A DNA stretch of 64,000 nt from Azolla caroliniana (lineage: Eukaryota; Plantae; Polypodiophyta): positions 16,802,001-16,866,000 of the forward strand of contig JBHGNT010000018.1 in NCBI GenBank assembly GCA_043228905.1, written 5' to 3'. The position numbers and the translations under genes were made by a program. Positions 37,055 through 48,200 of the stretch are shown here, piece by piece. Position 1 is the stretch's first letter, and every line of letters starts with the position of its first letter. The notes beneath the pieces were generated by a model. The model had not been told where the DNA came from, did not search any database, and saw only the letters and a program-made list of their open reading frames with translations.

Positions 37055-40000
37055 TGTCGCGTTGTTACGCGTGTGCGTGTAGAAGGGGCGGGACCACGGG
37101 GGTCTCGCACTAGGGAGTACAGGAGAAAGAATAAGACACAAAATAAAAGCTTAGCTCAAGAGGAGATGAGAAAGAATAAGACAATAACATAGAATAGACG
37201 GAGGCAAGATACTCAACAAGCTAGTTTAAGGAAACATAAACTCTTTACAATGGTGCCCGCCATGGCCGCACCAAACGACTATGAGAAAACCCTAACCAAG
37301 GATGAATAACGAAACCCTAAACGAAACCCTAACCCTAAACGGTAAGAACTCTAGACTAAGTGGTATACCTTTCATACGCAAAATAGGCAACCCCTTCATA
37401 AGTGACCCCTCCCTTCCTTTTATAGCCCAAGGAGGGAGGGACCTTACAATGTGGGATAACATTTCCCCTCTTATTTCTATACACCATTTCCTAGTATACA
37501 TGTGCACATGTTGCACACCACCGACTTGCCCATTCCACCCCGGTTTCACATTGTAGCCGGAAATCTTCACAACATCCATCCCCACCAAACTGCATGTCCA
37601 CCAGTACATGCCAAGAAAGGAAAAGGGTGAGAGATTCCGGCGATGGTGATCAACCGGGTTCTTCGCCATCCCGGCACCCGACCGTCTTGCCAGTACCTTG
37701 TCGGCGCTGATCCGTCTTGTCGGTTCCTTACCGGCCCCGATCCGTCGGCTCCATCCGATCCACCACGTCCACCCCGTGTCCTCGAACCGGCGGCTCCATC
37801 CGATCCGCCATATCTGACGTTCGCGCCTTCTTCTTCGACCGGCCCTCCCGAACGTCGTTGCTGACCCGGTTGCTCTTCCTTTGTCCGCCTTGTATGTCCT
37901 CCAGATGCGCTCCCGATCTCTCCGATTGCACTCCAGATTCCGCCCTTTGCATGCCACATATGTTCTTCCTTTGGTTTTATCGTCTTCGCATGCCGAACAC
38001 CTCGGCATGTCGACTCTTACCGCTCTGCGCTTGCCTTCCGTAGGCTCTTCCCATGCGCCGATGTTGTCCCCCAAATATGCGCTCATTCTTTGGCCCTTAG
38101 GCGACCCCATTCTGCGTTCCTTGCTTCTCCTTTGCCCGCCCTGCTCTCTCGCCGTAGAGCGTACCATCATGCCGACCTCCGTTTCGGTGTCCCTCGAGGC
38201 TCTCGTTACTGCCTCGCCTCGACTTGCGCCCTCTTGGCCTGCTTGGCCTTGCATGCCCTCCGGGAAGCCGCCGCGTTTTCTCTTCCCGGTGTGTACCACG
38301 TTGTTCTCCGCGCATCCTTCGTTCATGCCTATCACGCCCGTCTCGTTCCGTCGATCTTGGCGTCTCGTTGCATCGTTCGTCGTCTCGCGCTTGCCTCTCG
38401 AAGGCTTCCTCCGACTGTCATCGTCGGTCACTCGTTGCGGCTCCTTCGAATGCACGCTCATTCTTTGGTCCTTAGGTGACCCCATTACGCGCACCTCGAT
38501 TCTCCCTTGCTCTCTGTGCTCTCTCGTAGTAGAGCGTATCGTCATCCCGACCTTCGTGTCGGGGTTCTTCGCGGCTCTCGTTACCGCTTCATCCCGACTC
38601 GCATCCTCTTGGCCCGCTTGGCCCCGCATGTCCTCCGGGATGCCACTTTTTCTCTCCCCGGTGCATAACTCTTTGCTCTCCGCGCACCATCCTCCGCTCT
38701 CGTCGTTCATTCGCCGATCCCGGCAACTCACCGGTCCGTCTCTTGCAGCGTGCTTGCCTCTCAAAGGCTCGACCGATCCACCGTTGCCGGTCACTCGTTG
38801 CCGGTCTTCCGGCTGCATGCTTGCTTCTTGGCCCTTCGCCGGCCGTAGTGCATATTTCGTATTACGCGCCTCATCCACCGTAGACGCAACCTCCACATCA
38901 ATCTCTTCATCCTTCATTGTCGTAGCCCCTTCTGACTCCGGCTTGCCATCTTGGCCGTGCTCGTCTATCATCCCGTTCCGGTATCCTCGTCCGCTCTGGC
39001 TTCTGACTCGTCGCCACCACCCGCCGGCTCCTTGGTCTTACATCGATCCGCAACCGCCAAAGTCTCAAGGATAGATGTGGAGGGCTCCTCTCGCTCTTGG
39101 CCTCCCACCAAGTCGTACTCCTCGTGCATGCTTGGCCTCCTTCTCGCGCTCACCGGCTCCCACCGGGTGTTGTGGCTCGTTCGCCTCTACCTCCAATCAT
39201 GCCGACTTAGCCTTCGCCCGTATCGGTCTCGGCCGATCGAGGTCCGGTTCGGTTGGCTCCCTTCCGTAATCGTAACTGGCCGGTACATGTTTGTCTGAAC
39301 AAATCTGGCCTTGTAGGCTCTTCTTCGGTTCGGGCCCGGTTGACCGGACCCCACTCCAATCTTCTTCCGCTTCGTCTTCCGGTCGAGTCGGTCCCCGACA
39401 CTCTCCTCTTTGCCGCTCCCGATCTCTCTGTCGGTCCTCTTGTATGTGCCCGTTCCGGGCCTTGCATCCTCATCTTCGTACCTGTTCGCTCCGGGCCACG
39501 CCTCCTCATGGCCACCGTCCTTCTCTCCGGTCTTATGTTGGCATTCGAGCGCAACTACCGTAGTCTCTGGTCTTGGTGTTGGGGGTCTCTCCTCTGTCCG
39601 CTATGACCTTCCTCGTCGTCGTTTCGATCGTCCTCTTTGCCGCCGCCACCTTCCGTCTCTCCGGTTTCATGTGGGCTCTCGGGGCCGACCGCCGATGTCT
39701 CTAGAAGTGGTGCTCCCCGCTTCGTAATCACCGGCCTCGTCCACGGCTGTCCCTTTTCCGCAAGACGAGAGGGTCGCTTGCCTTGCACCCTCTCCCACGT
39801 CGTCGCCGTTGCATGCTCTTCCGGCCTCCGTATAGGCCCCATCGTCCATGCATAGGGAGGCTTCTTCCTCCGCATCCTCGGATCGTCTCCGGCCCGACTC
39901 CATAATAAGCCCTTCTTTAGCTTCGAACTTCACCTTCACGCTCTCGCACGCCTCCCATACCAACGCCTCTAGGTCGTACTCCTCCGGTTGATCACCCATC

Positions 40001-40858
40001 GAGCTCTCTTCTGTCGGTAGTGCATAGCCGCTCACCGCCCTCTCTTCTCCGCCGCTCGTGGGCCACGTGGTTGCCGACCGCTCCCGGCATACCCACTCCG
40101 GTTTCGCATACCCGTACGCTTCCAATAGGGCTCCCTCCAAGGACACCCATGACTCGTGAGCTTCTCGTAGCTCCTTGACCTCCTTGTGCGCCGATACGGC
40201 CGCCACTCGAGGAAAATACTCTAGCCGCATCGCCTCGTCCACACCCCCTTTCGCCATCTCGGCCTTGTAGGCTCCCAAAAATTTTGGAACCTCATTCCCA
40301 TTGAACCGGCTGACTTGATCGACCACCCTTTCGACAACTTGTTGAGCCGCATCTCGCTTCGCCATCTTTCGTCTGGCTTCCATCACGATCTTTGCCATCA
40401 TCTCCTCGATGTTGAAGTCTTCTTCCATCTCCATGCTCCATTGCCGCCCTTCACGTCGGGTTCACCAAAGATGTTGCGTTGTTACGCGCGTGCGTGTAGA
40501 AGGGGCGGGACCACGGGGGTCTCAGACTAGGGAGTAGAGGAGAAAGAATAAGACACAAAATAAAAGCTTAGCTCAAGAGGAGATGAGAAAGAATAAGACA
40601 ATAACATAGAATAGACGGAGGCAAGATACTCAACAAGCTAGTTTAAGGAAACATAAACGCTTTACAATGGTGGCCGCAATGGCCGCACCAAACGACTATG
40701 AGAAAACCCTAACCGAGAATGAATAACGAAACCCTAACCCTAAACGGTAAGAACTCTAGACTAAGTGGTATACCTTTCATACGCAAAATAGGTGACCCCT
40801 TCATAAGTGACCCCTCCTTCCTTTTATAGCCCAAGGAGGGAGGGACCTTACAATGTGG
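37055..40858 (-). mobile_element. Non-autonomous Ty3/gypsy-like element with tRNA-Trp PBS and no pol: 5' LTR 40472-~40858 (outer end lost), 3' LTR 37055-37461
   Basis: ~400-bp direct repeats. PBS 40450-40467 equals the plant tRNA-Trp 3' end TTCACGTCGGGTTCACCA. PPT AAGAGGGGAAA at 37462-37472. No RT, RH or INT motifs in the 3.0-kb interior. Confidence 0.85.
39667..40434 (-). CDS. Gag-like protein (N-terminal capsid-like region plus low-complexity tail), 255 aa
   Basis: Starts just after the PBS. RFNGNEVPKFLGAYKAEM..LEYFPRV..SWVSLEGALLEAY resembles Ty3/gypsy capsid N-termini. Confidence 0.55.
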   Translation of the reverse strand: MEMEEDFNIEEMMAKIVMEARRKMAKRDAAQQVVERVVDQVSRFNGNEVPKFLGAYKAEMAKGGVDEAMRLEYFPRVAAVSAHKEVKELREAHESWVSLEGALLEAYGYAKPEWVCRERSATTWPTSGGEERAVSGYALPTEESSMGDQPEEYDLEALVWEACESVKVKFEAKEGLIMESGRRRSEDAEEEASLCMDDGAYTEAGRACNGDDVGEGARQATLSSCGKGTAVDEAGDYEAGSTTSRDIGGRPREPT

Positions 40859-41230
40859 CATCCCAGAAGCACACCGGAATCAACCAGACGGGAGAGAGAA
40901 AGCGCGCGCTGGACACCGATTCACACCCACACACACACCATGCCGACCCAGCTCACGCTCTTATGTACAGAAGCGGAGGTAAGAGAACACCAAAACACCC
41001 ACACAAACACCGGTGCGCAGAACCCTCCATGCATATATTACAAGACTAAGATACAATACTGGTATCGAGCCCGACCTAAGTAGCTTAGGTTACAACAATC
41101 GTCTACTACCAAGCCGCCGGTCGAGGTGGGGGGCCTCTCGGGCTTGTAGTGTCGAGCGGGGTCTTGCACAGAGAACGGGCAGGAAACAGGAACACGAGAT
41201 GCCAAGGCTCGATACCAGTATTGTATATCA
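40854..41230. mobile_element. Probable solo or partial LTR of another family, containing a ~21-bp inverted repeat
   Basis: TG..CA ends. ATACAATACTGGTATCGAGCC (41051-41071) pairs with GGCTCGATACCAGTATTGTAT (41206-41226). No TSD. Confidence 0.4.
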
Positions 41231-41399
41231 AAAATAAAACTCCCAAATAGGTCCATTAAACTGTTTATTTGCAATACATGTGCTTTGTCTGTTTTACAAG
41301 AAAACTGGTAATTGCTACTTGTGGCTACAAATTCCATGGCATACTGTTGTAAATACATTCATACACATTAGCACTAACTGTGTATAAACCTGAGCAGCT

Positions 41400-43170
41400 A
41401 ATGTATTGCGACATTGGGACATTGATACACCTGACCAAATGAGAGTACATGTACGTCACTGGTTTGTCTTCTAATAGCCTATACACATAATCGTAATCAT
41501 CACATAGTCTTGCATAAAAAATACCTTCGATGTAGAATGTCCCAGTAGATACAACATTTCCCCAAGCATCTAATATATTCTACGTTGCACACTGTATACT
41601 AATCGTGCACTTCAATATATAAAAATCAGCACCCTCTGAATTGCCTTCTTCTGCATTTACAAAGAAATTATCCCCAACATTTAAGACATCACTTAGAGTA
41701 TCTCCATGTCCTTGATATGTGAAGTCAGCATTCTTTTCTGTTTCTCCATCAACTGCTTCCTTATTGTTCAATGTATGATACTCCCAATTCTAAATATATG
41801 CTTTGTTTAAACAATACCTCCAATTTCCCTACACAGAATGGAAGCAAAAACAAGTTAATTCTCTAACCACAATACAATGACCATCCAACCTAGAATAACC
41901 ACGGACAACATGGAGAGATCGCAATTCGGGAATTCCTTGGCACTCTCAAGTCTTCTCCCTATTTACTTCATCTATCTTCACTTCCCAAAATTCACGTTTG
42001 ATATCTCAGACCTGCGAGGAATAAACACCAGTTGCACTCGTTGACATATTAGCTCTTAAAAATTCAACTACATGTGTCGCACAATTCATCTCCACACCAT
42101 CTACCTTTAGTTGTTCATGGGTAAGTGGCCGCTTTATAACAACACCTGCACCATCATGTTCACCTTTACCATGGCCAGACCCAAAAATAATCCATCTCAT
42201 CTCCAAACCTGTTATAGCAGGATACCTCCCCACAAAATAAAATGGACGTCTAGCCTTGAATTGTGACGCAGCTCCATCAGACCAGACCCAATGTTGAGTA
42301 AGCTCAAAACGTTTAGCTAATAACCATTGCTAATGTAAGTTAAAACAATGTTGGACGAACAAGGTTTCATGCTTCTTATCATCAGAAATAAAAAAATGAA
42401 TTACTTTATTAACATCACCTGAAACTCGAAAATATGTTATGTGCACAAAAATGGTTATATGCGCTCAACACCAATGCATAGATTAAATTTCATTCTATTG
42501 CTTGAAAGTATAATTCTCTACGAAATCTACTATTGAGACTACTACATCATTTGGAAAATCAGATATGCAAGTCTTAAACTGATGGGCTTGCCATGAATAA
42601 ATGAAGTTGTGTTTAATGAACTTTCCTAGAGATACTACAAATACAGACACCAAATCCCTTGGTTTAAGCGACTTCCTATCCAGATCCTTTCTTTTACACA
42701 CCTTTCCTTCGAAATTGGTGTCAACTGACTCAAATAACTTGACAGAGATTAGTATTTCACTACTCAATTCATTTGGACAACACCTAAATCTACTAGGGCC
42801 ACAATCTTGACATAAACCCATGACACATTTATGACTGTGGAAGATGGCATCCGTTTCTGTCGAACACAATACTGAATCTAAAAGAGAACTCATGGAAGAG
42901 ATAACATGCTTAGATGATTTACAGTGCTCATGCAGGCTCGATCGAAAAATTGGGCACACACAAGTGCAAATTGCATTTGTTAGGGAGGCACTATGGTGAC
43001 GTAGTAGATTAATAGAGTCCTTGAGAAAAACCATTTGTACATGGTAAATGCAACAACATGTGTATCGATCCTTCAAGTGTCTCACAAAGTGTGGCTTTAG
43101 AAACTCGAATGTTCATAGTTGAACTTTGATATTTGGATGCATTCACCTGAACCTAATAAATAAATCGGCC
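41400..43170 (-). pseudogene. Sola2-like DDD transposase pseudogene
   Basis: Motifs in order: Cys-rich TCCCIYH..CVMGLCQDC, DFVENY, SMHW, SDDKKHE, WSDGAASQFK, GSGHGKGEHDGAGVVIKR, RELTCFC. In-frame stops present. Confidence 0.72.
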
Positions 43171-44179
43171 TACATAATAAAATGGACATACTGATTTAGC
43201 TCTATGGCTAACTGGTAGCTAATTAGCTACTACTTAACCGAACGAATAAACAAAAAATCAACTTAATTAAACTATGTAGTGAGAGAAAAACAGAAAATCA
43301 ACTTAATTAAACTATGAAATAGTGAGAGAAAAATGGAAAATAAACTTACTTGAACTATGAAATAATGAGAAAAAACAGAAAATCAACTTAATTAAACTAT
43401 GAAATAGTGAGAGAATAACAGAAAATCAACTTAATTGAACTATGAAATAATGGGAGAAAAACAGAAAATCAACTTAATTGAACTATGAAATAATGAGAAA
43501 AACACAAAATAGTGGTTCTCTTGTGATTTCTTCCTTCGTTAACTGGGTTGCCTCCGAGTTTTTGACTACTCGAAAATAGGCTTCAAGCATCGGTCGTATC
43601 CCCGGCAACGGCGCCAAATGTTAAAGATCTATGTATCGATGGAGTAGGCTCCTCGATGTCGTAGCGGGACTCGGACCGGCGTATACCCTCTTGATGGCGA
43701 ATCGGGTGGGGGTGGTTGTCAGACACCTCCGAGCCTCACACTCACTTAACAACTAATAGATAATTAGACACAATATCTCTCTCACTCTCTCAAGCTCACT
43801 TTCATAAACAATGGGGTAATGAATGTAGACAACAAGATTAATGAATATATTTATTAACCCTCTTTGCTAAGAGGTCTAGCACCAACAAAGGAGAAAGATT
43901 AGTGTTCTCTACCTAAACACTTCACTAATCTCCCTTAAGCTCAAAGGTTAGAAGAAAGAGGAGAGCAAGCTTCTAGCTCTTCATCATTTAGGAGATCTTT
44001 ACAAATGGGAGAACCTCCTCAAAGCCACTACTATGTGGTTTATATAGCTGTCACGTTTAGGGTACGGGCCTTTCACACTTGGATGTCTCTTTGATTCTTT
44101 TCCTCTTGCTATTTCCCTTACGTCCTTGTTGATGCGTTCTTAGTCGTGACTGGTTGTGTTGTTATCCCAGTGCTTAACA
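43170..44179 (-). mobile_element. Athila-like Ty3/gypsy 5' fragment: LTR 43619-44179, tRNA-Asp PBS 43599-43616, repeat-rich 5' UTR
   Basis: LTR bounded by TGTTAA..TTAACA. PBS TGGCGCCGTTGCCGGGGA is complementary to plant tRNA-Asp, as in Athila. Confidence 0.75.
43232..43510. repeat. ~6 tandem units of ~42-44 bp (AAAACAGAAAATCAACTTAATT(A/G)AACTATGAAATA(G/A)TGAGAG) in the 5' UTR of the Athila-like element
   Basis: Direct repeats visible at 43232-43510. Confidence 0.85.
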
Positions 44180-44184
44180 GATGT

Positions 44185-44812
44185 TCTATGGCCATTTCGA
44201 GTACAAGGTGATGCCTTTCGGTCTTACCAACGCCCCAACAGTCTTCATTTCAGCATTTTCATTCCAACAATTTCCGTCAATCTTTCGGTAGAGATGTGTT
44301 CTCGCACTTAAGAAGATGTCCATCATGACCTCTCCCTTGAGCTCCGTGTTGTTGGCAAACAGTATAAGTATCACGCTAACTATCATCGCTTGGCTACGCC
44401 GACCTTTGCAGTTGATGACATGGTTTGGTTACAATGTCGCCACATCGCCACCACCTGTTCCTACGCAAAGCTAAACTACAAAAAGCTAAGCCTCTTCCAT
44501 ATCATCAAGCGAATCAACGCAATCGCATTTCGGTTAGCACTTTCCCCAAGCTTTAGGATTCACAATGTTTTCCACATCTCTCTCCTTGAACTATACCATC
44601 CTTCTTGAATTCCGGGAGGACAACCTCCTCCACCGCCACCCGTGGAATTATTGACAGGGGAGGAGTACAAGGTTGACCAAATCCTCAACTCCTACTTGCG
44701 GCGATGCCGACTTCAATATTTGGTTTTATGTAAAGGTTACCCCATTTCGGATGCCACGTGGGAACCGGTTATGCATTTACAAAATGGTCCCGAGGGTATT
44801 TGAGCTTTTCAT
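44185..44812 (+). mobile_element. Chromovirus fragment: short RT piece joined to the integrase C-terminus and a group-I chromodomain
   Basis: YGHFEYKVMPFGLTNAP, FRIHNVFHISLLE, EEYKVDQILNS..LQYLV..KGYPISDATWEP. Same family as 62472-64000. Confidence 0.85.
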
Positions 44813-45281
44813 CTAGTTAGTGGCATTTTTGTGGCATACATTGAGCTTAGTATCTCTAGATTTTATAAAGCACTTCTTTCCAATATCTTAGATTTAGAAG
44901 CAGGTATTGATTCATGGACCAAAAAATTGCCTTAACACTTCAAATCTTCTTTAAAAAACTGCCTTGCCCAACATTTGTCATAGTCATAGATGGTCAACCA
45001 TTGCCTCTTGACAAAGTCTATGTTTGTTCATGTACTTACCATTATTCTAGCTTATGTGATTTCATCAATATAATCCATTCTCAATCTACTTTTGTTTGAG
45101 CTTCACAATCTAAAGATTCTTTGGAGAAAATGAGTTATCCTAGAATCCCAAAAGAACCATACATTTATCCTTCCTTAGTCAAGTTGAAGGTGTGATTGGA
45201 TCTCAATAATATATCTACAAAGGTTTTTAAAAAAAAAGGACAAAAAAAGAATATCTATATTCATCACCCAATCCACAAAAG

Positions 45282-48200
45282 GTGGATATCTTACATCCAA
45301 CGAAGGATGCAATGCAAGCCATCATCCTGATGTGTACATTGCCGGAAAGTTGGGAGAACTTGGTGGTGACTCTCAGCACCTCCTGCACCGAAGATAACTT
45401 GTCCCTACAAACGGTAAAGACAAGTATTTTGAACGAAGAAGCGCGTCGGAGAGATAAGGAACCGGCCTCCGACCCGAAGATGTTGTTTACCGAATCGGAT
45501 CGGGGAAGACAATGGAACCGGAGTCCGCAAAGACGGGAGAAGTCGGGGACCCGGTCGCAGTCAAGAGGAAGGCCCACATGCTTCCACTGTGGGAAGCCGG
45601 GGCACTTCCGAAAGAATTGTCGGCATTACCGAAAGGACAACGGAGCCGACGACACCGATTCGAAGAAGTCACCGGAGAGAAACGGTGCATACCGGGGAGC
45701 CACGGACCGGAGAGGTTCGGATCGGCGAGGGCAGGACCGGAAAGGAACAACGGCACTCGCGGCAAGTGAGGAAGAGATCATGCTCATCACCGAAGAAGGT
45801 GAACTAAACATTGCCGGCGATGAGACGACCTGGGTGGTCGATTCCGGAGCATCGTTCCACCTGACCCCGGAGAGAAGATACTTCTCATCCTACACAGCCG
45901 GCGAGCATGGCTGTGTTCGGATGGGAAATGAAGGTACGTGCCGGATTGCCGGCATCGGAGACGTGTGGTTGACAACCCCGACTGGATGCAAAATGCTGCT
46001 GAAGGATGTCCGACACGTTCCGGAGGTCCGACTGAACCTGATTTCGGCCGGGAGGCTAGATGATGAAGGCTACACGGGTAGCATCCGGAACGGTGTCATG
46101 AAGTTCAGCAAGGGGAGCTTGATAGTGGCTCGGGCCCGGAAGGTCAACACACTGTACCTGATGAATGCCTGGTTATGTCCGGAAGAGCTGAATGTGGCAG
46201 CCGACACTGCCGGTGAGCTGTGGCACAAAAGACTGTGCCACATGAGTGAGAAGGGGATGAGGAGGCTTGCAGAAGACAACCTTATTCCAGTGAAGCATGT
46301 GCACCTGGAGAAGTGCACCGATTGCCTGGCCGGTAAGCAGAACCGAACCTCCTTCCACTCAAGGCCACCGACGAGACGCAGCGCACCATTGGAGTTGGTG
46401 CACACCGACGTGTGTCAGGTAGAAACGAAGTCACATGGCGGAGCCCAGTACTTCGTAACATTCATAGATGATCACAGCCGAAGACTGTGGACGGCACCGT
46501 TGAAGACAAAGGACCAAGTGTTGTGCGTCTTCAAAGAACTCCACGCGAGAGTGGAAAGGGAATCCGGCAAGAAGCTGAAAGCGATACGAGCGGATAACGG
46601 AGGGGAATACCGGGGGCAGTTCGCGGAGTACTGTCGCTCGAAGGGAATCCGGCTCGAGTTTACTGTGCCGAAGACGCCGGAACTGAACGGGCTGGCCGAG
46701 AGGATGAACCGGACCATAATGGAGAGGGTCCGGAGTATGCTGGCGCATGCGAAATTACCCAAGGGGTTTTGGGCTGAGGCAATGTCGACGGCGACATATG
46801 TGATAAACCGATCACCCTCAATACCTTTGGACGGAGACACACCGCAGAGAGTGTGGACCAGTAGGGAAATATCTTACCGGCATCTGAAGGTGTTCGGGTG
46901 TCTCGCATACGTGCATGTGGCAAAGGACCGGAGAGGAAAGCTAGATCCGAAGACCCGGGCATGCATATTCCTCGGTTACGGCGACGACGAGTTCGGCTAC
47001 CGAGTATGGGACCCGGTCGACAAGAAGATATTCAGGAGTCGAGACATCATCTTCATGGAGGACAAGACACTCGCCGACTGGGAGTCGGAGAAGAAGATGA
47101 AGAGCTCCAAGTCGACCGGTGAGGATCAACTCTATGAGGAGCAGTCCCGACCGGCAAGGGACCGGTTAGCACTCGAGGATCCGGCCGAAGACGGTGAAGA
47201 AACAGAACCGGCCGAAGAAGATGAAAATGATACCGGAACCGGCTCCGATCCCGAAATGGATTCGGATGAAGAAGAATCGGAGGAACCGGTTACCGAAGCT
47301 CCGGAACGGAGATATCCTCTAAGAGAGAGAAGGGCCCCCCGGAGATTTCCGGAACCAGAGCACGTGCTGCTAACCGACGAGGGGGAGCCGGAGAGCTTTG
47401 AAGAAGCAAAGCACGACACCCAGAGCCGCAGGTGGTTGAGTGCCATGCAGGACGAGATGGATTCCCTGCATGAGAACCACACATATGAACTTGTGGAGTT
47501 GCCGAAAGGAAAGCGGGCACTTCGAAACAAGTGGGTGTTCAAGCTGAAACCGGGAGATGCCGGAAACCCCCCGAGATACAAAGCCAGGATCGTGGTGAAG
47601 GGGTTTCAGCAGAAGAAGGGTGTCGACTTCGACGAGATATTTGCCCCGGTAGTGAAGATGACCTCCATCCGGACGGTGCTGAGCATAGCGGCAAGCATGG
47701 ACCTCGAGGTAGAACAGATGGACGTGAAGACGGCATTTCTTCACGGTGACCTCGAAGAAGAGATCTACATGCAGCAACCGGAAGGATTCGAGAAGAAAGG
47801 GAAGGAGCACCTGGTATGCCGGTTGAAGAAGAGCCTTTACGGACTGAAGCAGGCTCCCCGGCAATGGTACCGGAAGTTCGACTCCTTCATGACCGACGAA
47901 GGGTACCTCAAAACGCAGTCCGACCACTGCGTGTTTGTGAAGAAGTTTGAAGGAGGAGACTCTCTAATACTCCTCCTGTACGTGGACGACATGTTGATCG
48001 TCGGACGGGACCAGGTCAAGATACGGATGCTGAAGAAGGCCCTTCACCGAACCTTCTCAATGAAGGACCTGTGTCCGGCGAGGCAAATACTAGGGATGCA
48101 CATCATCCGGGACCGGAAGAAGAAGCAGTTGTGGCTGTCACAGGAGAAGTACGTGACAAAGGTGCTTAAACGGTTCAACATGTCGGAAGCAAGACCGGTC

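Noticed and set aside
37881-39074. 397-aa plus-strand ORF, and many other antisense ORFs over GC-rich TE sequence
   Set aside because: These are shadow frames of GC-rich or repetitive element sequence with no recognisable domains.
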